A stretch of DNA of 64,000 nt from Candidatus Eiseniibacteriota bacterium (lineage in GTDB: Bacteria > Eisenbacteria > RBG-16-71-46), in contig OY970342.1 in assembly GCA_963717505.1 (NCBI GenBank), forward strand, positions 768,001 to 832,000. Reading direction: 5' to 3'. The position numbers were made by a program, and so were the translations under genes. A model generated the notes under the pieces. The model made no database searches. It was not told the DNA's origin and saw only the letters and a program-made list of their open reading frames with translations. Shown piece after piece: positions 1 through 9,047 of this stretch (positions within the stretch are counted from its first letter, which is position 1; every line of letters begins with the position of its first letter).

Positions 1-1157
1 AGCCCGGCGCCGATGAATAACGGGGTCGAAAACGCCGCGCGCTCCATGAGCACGCCGGCGAACGCCGGGGCGATCGCCCAGGCGCCGGAACGCACCAGCC
101 CGGTGACCGCCGACGCCCACAGGCGTTCCGCCGGGCGAACCACGGCCATGACGTAGGACTGGCGAGTCGGCACGTCCATTTCGACCAGGGCTTCGCGCAA
201 CAAGAAGAGCACGGCGGCCGATCCGAACCCGGGTGCGAAGGCAACTGCGATCAACAGGAGGCTCGCGGGAATGTGGGTGAACACCATGGTGTTCACCAGG
301 CCGATCCGCCCGGCGAGCCACGCGGCCACCAGATGCGACAGCGCGTTGGCGGCGCGGGCGCCGAAGAACAGCACACCGATCAGCGCCTCCCCGGCGCCGA
401 AGCGCTCGAAGAAGAAGTACGACAGGAGTGCGGTGGTCAGGAATCCGCTGCCCAGGCTATCGAGTGTGAACAGCGCGCTGATCCGGAGGACGATCCGCCG
501 CGATTCCGGCGACACCGGTGTTGCGGAGGCACCCGCAGACAATGACGCCAGCTCCTTCGAAAGCCTCAGATAAAGTGGCACGGTGATCAGCATCAACGCC
601 GCGAACAGAACGAGCGGCACGCGCGTCGAATCGAGCCAGCCCATCGCGGTGGCTTGACGCAGCAGCTCGGGCAGCCCCGCAAGCAAGCTGCCCACCGCAT
701 GTCCGGCATCCTGCAGCACGTTGTACCAGGCGATGACCCGCGTGCGTTCCTTGTCGCTGGCGGTCGCCGGCAGGATCGCTTGCTCGATCGCAAGTGCGGC
801 GCCGCGATCGCGCCCCATGCCGTTCAACATGCCGAGGAAGGCCGTGCCGGCGAGCAGCAGAGTCTTGGCATTGGGGCTCGAGGTCCACGCGGCCAGGACG
901 GCGGTCGCGATGGCCCCGAGTGCCCCGAGCAGAGCGAGCGTCACCAGCAGCCGGCGGCGGCCTATGCGCTCGCCCCACACCGCGGCGATCCCGGTCGCGG
1001 CGGCGGCGCCGGCAAGTCCGGCGGCGATCACGTAGCCGATGCGGGAAGGATCGAGACCGGCCGAAGCCAGGAACAATCCGAAGATGACGCCGATCATCCC
1101 GGTGGCGACTGCGCGGATGAAGGCGGCGGAGTAGAGCAGCGCGCGGTCGCGGTTCAT
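1..1157 (-). CDS. MFS transporter (runs off the window start)
   Basis: Manual translation from ATG at 1157: MNRDRALLYSAAFIRAVATGMIGVIFGLFL...GERIGRRRLL (MFS motif A-like); many hydrophobic helices; absent from the ORF track because it is truncated. Confidence 0.85.
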   Translation of the reverse strand, partial: MNRDRALLYSAAFIRAVATGMIGVIFGLFLASAGLDPSRIGYVIAAGLAGAAAATGIAAVWGERIGRRRLLVTLALLGALGAIATAVLAAWTSSPNAKTLLLAGTAFLGMLNGMGRDRGAALAIEQAILPATASDKERTRVIAWYNVLQDAGHAVGSLLAGLPELLRQATAMGWLDSTRVPLVLFAALMLITVPLYLRLSKELASLSAGASATPVSPESRRIVLRISALFTLDSLGSGFLTTALLSYFFFERFGAGEALIGVLFFGARAANALSHLVAAWLAGRIGLVNTMVFTHIPASLLLIAVAFAPGFGSAAVLFLLREALVEMDVPTRQSYVMAVVRPAERLWASAVTGLVRSGAWAIAPAFAGVLMERAAFSTPLFIGAG

Positions 1158-1215
1158 GCGACTCCGCGGCGCGGCACATGCCGGCGACTCGAGAGCACTG
1201 CCGCCGGTTGAAGCA

Positions 1216-2037
1216 CTAGCTCCCCAGCGGGCCCAGCATCACGACCGGCCCGCTCGGAGCCGACTTGTTCGGCGAGCCACCGCGCGGCTCGACCGACACC
1301 GCGAACGCCGAGATCGCTTCGGCGGCGCCGACTCCTTCGAGCCGCATCGCGACACGGCCCTGGTCGTCCGTAGCCATCACGCCCAGGCTCACCGGCGCTC
1401 CACCGCGGATCACCCACAACTCGTAGTCGCGTTCGACCTGGGGCAGAAGGCTCTCGGCCATGACCACCGCGCGGCCGGAGCCCGGGTCGTAGACCACGCG
1501 CGCCCGCAATCCGGGATCGCCATCGGTGGTCGGCGCCAACACGGCAACTCGCGAATACGCGGAGGTCAGGATGCGTTCCCACTCGCGGTCCGCGGCCGCC
1601 TGCTGCTCGAGTTCCGCGATGCGCGCGCGCGTCGCCGCGAGTTCGCCGGACTGACGCGCCGCCTGCATCCACAGAAGTGCGCTCACCAATACGAACGCCG
1701 CCGCGGCCGCCACCGGCACCCAGGTCCATGGCGAGAAGCGCCGATGCGCCGACTCCAGCTCGGTCGGGCGGCGAACGATCACCGCGCGCTCGGCGCGCGG
1801 CTCGTCGGCTCCGGTCGCCGCCGCCAGCACGCGCCCGCGCAACGACGAGCTGGGCAACGCCGCCGGCGCCGACGCCGCCAGCGCCACGGTGGCCACCGAG
1901 AACTCGGCGAGCGCGCGCTCGCACTCGGCACAGCCGGTCTTGAGGTGCGCTTCGAGTCGGCGGCGATCCGCGTCGTCGAGCGCGTCCAGCGCCCAGCCGG
2001 CGCACAGGTCCAGGTACTCGGGGCGATGCAGGTTCAC
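1216..2037 (-). CDS. Anti-sigma factor, RskA-like
   Basis: N-terminal HLKTGCAEC zinc-finger-like motif, one TM helix, C-terminal YELWVI...SLG...FAVSVEPRGGS..PSGP; GTG start overlaps the sigma stop. Confidence 0.85.
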   Translation of the reverse strand: MNLHRPEYLDLCAGWALDALDDADRRRLEAHLKTGCAECERALAEFSVATVALAASAPAALPSSSLRGRVLAAATGADEPRAERAVIVRRPTELESAHRRFSPWTWVPVAAAAAFVLVSALLWMQAARQSGELAATRARIAELEQQAAADREWERILTSAYSRVAVLAPTTDGDPGLRARVVYDPGSGRAVVMAESLLPQVERDYELWVIRGGAPVSLGVMATDDQGRVAMRLEGVGAAEAISAFAVSVEPRGGSPNKSAPSGPVVMLGPLGS

Positions 2038-2609
2038 ATCCAATCTCCCTGCGGCAGCAGCTCGCGCAAGCGCGAGAGACCCTGCCGCGTCCACGACTTC
2101 ACCGTTCCGAGCGGCGCTTTCAGGCGCGCGGCGACCTCGCTCTGGGCCAGTCCCTCGAAGTAGGCGATCTCGATCGCCTGGCGCTGCTGCGGCGCCAGCG
2201 TCGCCAGCGCCTCACGAGCCTTGGCACCCAGCTGTGAACGCACCGCCGACGCCGGCAGATCCGCTGGGCGTTGCACCGGCTCCGGGTCGACGTGCGACTC
2301 GGCGCGCGAGCGCGACGCGCGGCTTCGGTAGCGATCGAGCGATCGCGTGCGCACCACGGTCAGCAACCACGCGGCCACGGCGCCGCGGCGCGAATCGTAG
2401 GCGGCGGCGCGCCGCCAGACCTGCAGCCAGGTGTCCTGGATCGCGTCCTCGGCGTCGGCCGCTGTGCGGAGGATGCGCAATGCCACGGGATAGAGCAGGG
2501 GCGTATGGCGATCATAGAGCTCAGCGAGTGCCCGAGCCTCCCCGGTCTGGGCCCGTTTCAGGGTCTGGACGTCCTGCTCCTGCTGGGTCAAAGCTCGCGG
2601 ACCTCGCAA
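2034..2609 (-). CDS. ECF sigma-70 factor, SigK-like
   Basis: ALAELYDRH, DAEDAIQD, AYFEGL.QSEVA...PLGTVKSWTRQGL; start may be TTG at 2591. Confidence 0.9.
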   Translation of the reverse strand: MRGPRALTQQEQDVQTLKRAQTGEARALAELYDRHTPLLYPVALRILRTAADAEDAIQDTWLQVWRRAAAYDSRRGAVAAWLLTVVRTRSLDRYRSRASRSRAESHVDPEPVQRPADLPASAVRSQLGAKAREALATLAPQQRQAIEIAYFEGLAQSEVAARLKAPLGTVKSWTRQGLSRLRELLPQGDWM

Positions 2610-2669
2610 TACGTCACGTTCACCTCTACCACGGGCCCGGCGCCATTCGGACGCGGGTCGAAGCCCAAC

Positions 2670-3365
2670 TCAGAAGAAGAGGTTGAGGGTCAGGTTGGGC
2701 GCCCAGATGGTTTCCACGCCGGTCGCCCACTCGTCCTGCAGGTTCAGGCCCAGATCCAGCACCGTGTGCCCGTACGGGAACGCCAACTCGCAACCGATCG
2801 CGTAGATGGCGCGACTCCACGACTCCCGGCGGCTGTCCCAGAAGAACTCGGCAGTCCCGTACGGGGTCAGATTCTGCCCCAACCACTGGATGTTGTCCTC
2901 CAATCGCGAACGGTTGCGGTAGCGCCAGGAGAGATCCCGGCCCTCGACGTCGCGCAGCTCGAAACGGTTGCGATTGAAGAAGTACAACGGACGCTCCACG
3001 GGATGAAACCGCGCCTGGAACTGGCCGACGTATCGATGCTCGTCGACTACGCTCTCGGTGCCATCGTCGACATTGCGCAGGTAGCCGACGCGAATATCCA
3101 ACCGCGAGTTCTTCGCGGCATCGGGCGTGAAGTGCGCCAGGGGACGGTGCTGCAGAGCCAGGAAGTCCACGTAGCCCGCGACTGCGTAGTCGGTGCGCGA
3201 CTGGGTCTTGGGTTCGCGAGTCGCGCCGTAGATGAACAACAGCCGCAGGTCTTTGCGGACGCTCCAATACACGTCGACTTCGGGCCAAAACTGCCACTCT
3301 TCCGCGTGGGCGGTGAGTGGGGCGAGAAATCCCAAGCACAGGAGCAAGCTGAATCGAAGTCGCAT
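2670..3365 (-). CDS. Outer-membrane beta-barrel protein, DUF2490-like
   Basis: Signal peptide, EHR...RNRFELR...WRYRNR motifs, terminal aromatic residue (NLFF). Confidence 0.7.
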   Translation of the reverse strand: MRLRFSLLLCLGFLAPLTAHAEEWQFWPEVDVYWSVRKDLRLLFIYGATREPKTQSRTDYAVAGYVDFLALQHRPLAHFTPDAAKNSRLDIRVGYLRNVDDGTESVVDEHRYVGQFQARFHPVERPLYFFNRNRFELRDVEGRDLSWRYRNRSRLEDNIQWLGQNLTPYGTAEFFWDSRRESWSRAIYAIGCELAFPYGHTVLDLGLNLQDEWATGVETIWAPNLTLNLFF

Positions 3366-3450
3366 GAGGCGGGAAGACTACACGGTGGCCGCGTCGCTTG
3401 CAGTCGATCCGCGGCGCAGGCATCCTGCGTAGGTCCGCATCAGCGGGCGC

Positions 3451-3541
3451 GTCGTTAGGGGTGGCCGGCGAGAACCACGCCGCCGGCCTGAGAGAACACC
3501 CTTCGAACCTGAACTGGTTGATACCAGCGTAGGGAAACGGC
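3451..3541 (+). ncRNA. TPP (thiamine pyrophosphate) riboswitch
   Basis: AGGGG...CTGAGA..ACACCCTTCGAACCTGAACTGGTTGATACCAGCGTAGGGAA matches the THI-box consensus; P1 GTCGTT/AACGGC. Confidence 0.93.
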
Positions 3542-3545
3542 TCGA

Positions 3546-4950
3546 ATGTTCAGCACACATCCTCTCGACTGGGGCGTGATCGCCATCTACGTGGCGTTCC
3601 TCGCCGCCGTCTGGCTGCGCGACCGCCGCACGCCGTCGCCGGTGATCGACTACCTGGTGGCAGGCCGACGCCTGACGCTGCCGGCGTTCGTCGCGACGCT
3701 GGTCGCCACCTGGTACGGCGGCATCCTCGGCATCGGCGAGTACACCTGGCGCCACGGGGTCTCGAACTGGCTGGTGTTCGGCGTGCCCTACTACGTCGGC
3801 GCGTTCTTGTTCGCGATGCTGTTCGCACGGCGCGCTCGCGAGTCGAGGCTGTTCACCATCCCCGACTTGCTCGCCGAGCGCAGCGGGCGCGCGCCGGCAC
3901 TGCTCGGCGCCTTGCTCGTGTTCCTGACCTCGATTCCCGCCGCCTACGTGCTGATGCTCGGCACCCTGTTCGCCGCCATGACCGGGGCGCCGCTGATTCC
4001 CTGCGTGCTGGTCGCCGGGGCGCTCTCGCTCTTCTACGTGGATCGCGGCGGCCTGCGCACGGTCGTGCTCACCGATCAGGTGCAGTTCGTGCTCATGTAC
4101 CTCGGGTTCGGCATGTTGTTCGCGTTCCTGGTGTTTGGCTATGGGGCGCGGCCGCTCGAGCCGGGCGTGCTGCCGCCGACCCATTTCACCTGGCACGGCG
4201 GCAATCCGCCGCAGGCGATCTGGGTCTGGTACTTCATTGCGCTTTCGGCGCTGGTCGACCCCGGTTTCTGGCAGCGCGCCTACGCGGCTCGTAGTCCCGA
4301 GGTCGCGCGTGAGGGCGTGCTGTGGTCGATCGCGTTCTGGATCGTCTTCGACCTGATGACCACCACCGCCGGCCTCTACGCGCGCGCGTTGCTCCCGGAT
4401 CTCGCCGATCCGGTGCAGGCGTTCCCGCAGCTCGGACGCCTGGTGCTGCCGCCGCTGGCACTCGGCGTCTTCTACTTGGGCATGATCGCGACGGTGATGA
4501 GCACGATCGACTCCTACGGCTTCATCGCCGCGAGCACCGTCGGCCGCGACGTCGTTTGGCGGTTGCGGAGGCGAAGTCGGCGAGGAACGCATTCCGTTCT
4601 ACACCCGTCTCGGACTGGCGGTCGCGTTCGTGGCTGCGGTCGTGCTCGCGCTGGCGCGTCCAAGCGTGGTCGCCCTGTGGCACGACATCGGCTCGGTCAC
4701 GACTCCGGCGTTGCTGCTCCCGGTCGGCGCGGCGCTGCTCGGCCGCGGGACCACCAACCCTCGCTGGGTGACGATCACGATGGCCGTGCCGTTCGTGGTG
4801 TCGCTCGCGTGGGTGATCGCCAGGATTGCTTCGCCTGCCGGTCGTTATCCCTGGTCGCTCGAACCCATCTATCCCGGACTCGCCGTGTCGGCGCTGTTGT
4901 TTGCGATCGGCTGGGTGGTCTCACGAAAGGCATCGCATGCGCGTGCATAG
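3546..4950 (+). CDS. Sodium:solute symporter, predicted thiamine/precursor transporter (frameshift near 4570)
   Basis: DYLVAGRRL, ATWYGG, GGLRTVVLTDQVQF, WQRAYAA, MSTIDS; hydrophobic C-terminus continues in another frame to 4950. Confidence 0.85.
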
Positions 4951-4975
4951 AAGAACGAATTCCAGCCATTTCGCG

Positions 4976-7279
4976 ATGAGGTTCTCGAGTTTCGGCTGCG
5001 CCATCTTGGGGCTCGTGCTTCTGCCACCTCCCCTGATCGCTGCCGACGCTCCGGACACTCTGTCGCGCGTGGTCACGCTCCCAGAGCACGAGGTCAGCAC
5101 CACGCGCCTCGGCGAACGCGCCCCGGTCGCACGCTCGACGCTGACCCGGGAACAGGTGCGCGAGCGCAACTGGGGTCAGGACACACCGATGGCGCTGGCC
5201 ACGCTGCCCGGCGCCTACGCCTACTCCGACGCCGGGAACGGCATCGGCTACTCGTATCTATCGATCCGCGGCTTCCCGCAGCGGCGGATCAGCGTGCTGA
5301 TCAATGGCGTACCGCTCAACGACCCGGAGTCGCACGAAGTCTATTGGATCGACCATCCCGACCTACTCGCCTCGACCGCGGAAGCCCAGATGCAGCGCGG
5401 CGTCGGCTCGGCGCTCTACGGCGCCGCCTCGCTCGGCGGCAGCGTCAATCTCGAGACTGGTCCGTTTACCGAGGCTGGCGCCGCGTCGGCGACGGTCGGC
5501 TACGGCTCGTACGACACCAAGCGCTTCAGCGTCGAGGCCGGCTCGGGCCGGTTGCCCGGCGACTGGAATCTCCATGGGCGCTACTCGCGCATCGAGACGC
5601 TCGGCTATCGCGACCAGTCGTTCTCCAAGTTGTGGTCGTATGCGCTGTCGGCGCGTAAGCTCGCGGGCGACCATTCGTTCCGCGCCAACTTCTACGGCGG
5701 ACCCGAAGAGACTCACCTCGCCTACCTCGGCGTGCCGCGCGGCGTGCTCGACGGCGGCCTGACCGGCGACGCCGACCAGGATCGCCGCTACAACCCGATC
5801 ACCTACGCCAACGAGCGCGATCACTTCTTCGAGCCCCACTACGAGCTGATCCACTCGTGGGCGCCGGGCGGTGCCCTGAGCGCGACCCAAACGCTGTTCT
5901 GGTTCGACGGCAAGGGCTACTACGACGAACAGCGTTTCGGGCGCGAGCTGTCGGACTATCGAATGTCGCCGTGGACCACCACCGATCCCACGCTGTTCCC
6001 GGCCGCGTACTACCGAGACACCACCGGCGACGGGTTGCCCGACGCCGACGCGTCGGGCAACTACACGGTCGAACGTGCCGACATCGTGCGGCGGCGCACC
6101 GTGGTCAATCGTCACTACGGATGGATTCCGCGGGCACGGCTCGCCCACGCGAGCGGCGCGCTGACCGTCGGCGGTGAGTTGCGCGCGCACGACGGGCGGC
6201 ATTTCGGCGAGGTGATCTCGGGCAGCGGACTCCCGCCGGGAACCGAGCCCAATCACGCGTACTACGACTACCACCCGCGCACGCTCTCGGCCGGCCTCTA
6301 CGCGCGCGAGGAGTGGCAGGCGCTCTCGACTGTGCTGGTGACCGCCGACCTCGCCTGGCGGCACCAGGACTACTTCATGCGCGGCGACCAGTTCGACGGC
6401 GTCGAGTTCGACCAGAGCTACGACTTCCTGAATCCGCGCCTGGGTCTGAGCTGGACGCCGCGTACCTTCGTCTTGCGTTTGCGTCGTGGGCGTACGCGTC
6501 GCGCGAGCCGGCGTTTCGCGATCTCTACGACGCCGAGGGCCCCGGCAGCGTGCCGCTCTACGCGATTCGCGATCCCGCCAACAACGTGTACGAGGATCCG
6601 CTGATCGACCCCGAGCACGTCAGCGATCTCGAGCTTGGGGTTCGACGTGGCGTCGTCGAACTCGCAACGCCAGCCTGAATCTCTTCCGCATGGACTTCCG
6701 GACGAACTGGTCTACGCGGGACAGTTCAACACCGACCTCGGCTACCCGATCCTGGGGAACGCCGCGCGTTCCGTGCACCAAGGGGTCGAGCTGGCGGCGC
6801 GCGTCGAGCGCCGCGTGCAGGACGGTATTTCGACCGCGCTCGACGCCAACGCCACGTTCTCCGACAACCACTTCGTCGAGTACCGCGAGCAGTACGGGCC
6901 GACTCCGGCCGACGAGGTGGTCTACGACGGCAACGCGATCCCGGCGTTCCCGTCGGTGATCGCGAACATTGGGGGTCAGGCGTCGTGGGCCGGGGCGCGG
7001 CTGGGGGCGGCCGTGCGCTACGTCGGCCGGATCTACGTGGATGCCACCGAGAGCCAGGCGTCGAGCATCGACCCGCACACGGTGCTCGACCTGTTCGGCG
7101 GCTACGCGTTTCCGGCAGGCGCGTCACGGGTCCACCTGGGAATTCGCGTGTTTAACGCGTTCGACGCGCACTACGAAACCGCCGGGTACCTGGACTACGA
7201 CAGCGGCGGCAACCTGGTGCCGCACCTGGTGCCGGCGGCGACCCGGAATGTGCTGTTCGAGGTGAAAGTGGACTGGTGA
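4976..7279 (+). CDS. TonB-dependent receptor, predicted thiamine uptake (several frameshifts at about 6470-6700)
   Basis: Plug domain IGYSYLSIRGFPQRRISVLINGVPLND, QRGVGSALYGAASLGGSVN; barrel fragments across three frames; terminal W. Confidence 0.88.
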
Positions 7280-7323
7280 GCGAGCGGCGCACGATTGTGC
7301 CCGGCCTAGACCATGCGCTTGGC

Positions 7324-7374
7324 TGTAACCCATGTCCCCGGTCTGATCTGTTACCACTGTGCCCGGTCTGACCA
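7324..7374. mobile_element. IS481-like terminal repeat remnant (two 23-bp imperfect direct repeats, 25-bp period)
   Basis: TGTAACCCATGTCCCCGGTCTGA tc TGTTACCACTGTGCCCGGTCTGA resembles IS481-family ends as recalled; no transposase in the window. Confidence 0.6.
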
Positions 7375-7633
7375 ATATTTGACTTGACGCGTTTTCGAGG
7401 CCCGCCAACGAAATCTCGGCGAGCGTTTGCGGATTCGCTCTGAAGCGCAACCCTCTGGCGCAGAGCCTCGTTCCTCCCCAAGAGCACCCGCGAACGCAAA
7501 ACACACCGCGTTTTGCACGCTCCGCGCAAATGCGAGCGCCGAGAACTGGCGTGATAGAAATGCTTCGCCCTCGCGTCCGCCTGATCATCGATCAGGCAAG
7601 TGATCTGCGCGCCCCCGAAGAAAGCGATTCCCA

Positions 7634-8938
7634 ATGCGCGCGTTCCGGTTCGATCACCTCGACGACACGCAGCTGCTCCGCCTTCTGGCCAACCTAATTG
7701 CCGAGAGTCGCCAGAACACCGCCAGGACCATCGCCGTCATCGCCGAGGTCGACCGGCGCCGGCTCTACCTGCCGGCTGGATACACGTCGATGAAGGCCTA
7801 TTGCATCGAGGCGCTCGGCCTGTCCGAGGACGCTGCCTTCAAGCGGTTTCAGGTGGCACGGGTCATTGATGAATTCCCCGCCCTGCTGGAGATGCTGGCG
7901 GATGGCCGTCTGCACCTGACCGGGGCCCGGATGGTCGCCCCTCATCTCACTCCCGAGAACGCCGGCGAGCTGCTCGCTGCGGCTACCCACAAGACCTGCT
8001 TCGAAATCCAGCGACTGCTGGCGGAGTGCTTCCCGGAATCGGACCTGCTGGCCGTTCCCCAACCCACTGGCCCGTCCGAACCTGCCTCGCGGCAGGTTGA
8101 AGTCACCGAGGTAGGCGTGGTCGTCGATGGCGACCTGCCGTCGTTACTGGCGCCAGAGGCAGCCGCCGACCAAGGCCAACTTGCCTCGCGGCAGGTTGCA
8201 TCCGGTCCAACCAAGAACCTGGCGCCCCGGCGGATTCCCCTCAGCCTGCTTCCGGAGACCCACGACAAGATTCGCTATGCGAAGGAGTTGCTGGGCCATG
8301 AGCTGCCGTCCGGAGACGACGCACTCGTCGTGGAACGGGCGATGGCTGAAATGATCCAGAGAGCCGAAAAGCGGGAGCTCCGGTCCACCCGATCGCCGCA
8401 AGATCGCCAGTGCAGGTCGTCGACCAACCGGCGGCACATTCCGAAACGAGTGAAGCGCGCGGTCTGGGAACGCGACGGAGGACAGTGCACGTTCGTCGGC
8501 AACAACGGACACCGTTGCGGAGCCAGAAAGTTCGTCGAGTTCGACCATATTGAGCCGGTGGCGAAGGGCGGTGCGTCAACGCCCGAAAACTTGAGGTTGC
8601 GTTGCCGTGCACACAACCAGTTCGAGGCGGAGCGCGCGTTCGGTGCTGGTTTCATGTCTCGCAAGCGAGAAGCGGTTCGACACGACACAGTAGCGGCGCG
8701 TAGCAGAATGGTCGCGAGCGACACCGAAGACGCCAAGGCGGATCAGGAGACCCAAGACATTCTCAACGGGCTCCGTGAGCTCGGATTCCGCGCCGGCGAA
8801 TCGCGTCGCGCGGCCGAGTTTTCAGCGACGCTTCCAAACGCAGCCCTCGAGCAGCGAATGCGGGCAGCTCTGAACTTCCTGCGTCCAAAGATTCGACATC
8901 ATGCCGCTGAGCCTCCGTCCGTTAGTACTTTGAGCTAA
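7634..8938 (+). CDS. HNH endonuclease with DUF222-like N-terminus and RuvA-C-terminal-like tail
   Basis: RHIPKRVKRAVWERDGGQC...C....EFDHIEPVAKGG...NLRLRCRAHN; N-terminal IAEVDRRRLY..GYTSM..YC; tail DILNGLRELGF...E.RMRAAL. Confidence 0.85.
   Translation: MRAFRFDHLDDTQLLRLLANLIAESRQNTARTIAVIAEVDRRRLYLPAGYTSMKAYCIEALGLSEDAAFKRFQVARVIDEFPALLEMLADGRLHLTGARMVAPHLTPENAGELLAAATHKTCFEIQRLLAECFPESDLLAVPQPTGPSEPASRQVEVTEVGVVVDGDLPSLLAPEAAADQGQLASRQVASGPTKNLAPRRIPLSLLPETHDKIRYAKELLGHELPSGDDALVVERAMAEMIQRAEKRELRSTRSPQDRQCRSSTNRRHIPKRVKRAVWERDGGQCTFVGNNGHRCGARKFVEFDHIEPVAKGGASTPENLRLRCRAHNQFEAERAFGAGFMSRKREAVRHDTVAARSRMVASDTEDAKADQETQDILNGLRELGFRAGESRRAAEFSATLPNAALEQRMRAALNFLRPKIRHHAAEPPSVSTLS
8079..8198. 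repeat. Two palindromic hairpin repeats inside the HNH gene
   Basis: TGCCTCGCGGCAGGTTG exact at 8083-8099 and 8182-8198; AACCTGCC-TCGC-GGCAGGTT is a perfect hairpin. Confidence 0.85.
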
Positions 8939-9047
8939 GACCGGAGGGATGCTACCGACGTCCCCAGGACCATCATGCCGGCCCTGGACCATCTTTCCGA
9001 TTGACGGGCCGCGCTCCGAAGGTGGAGGCTCGTGGGCCGGAGGGACC

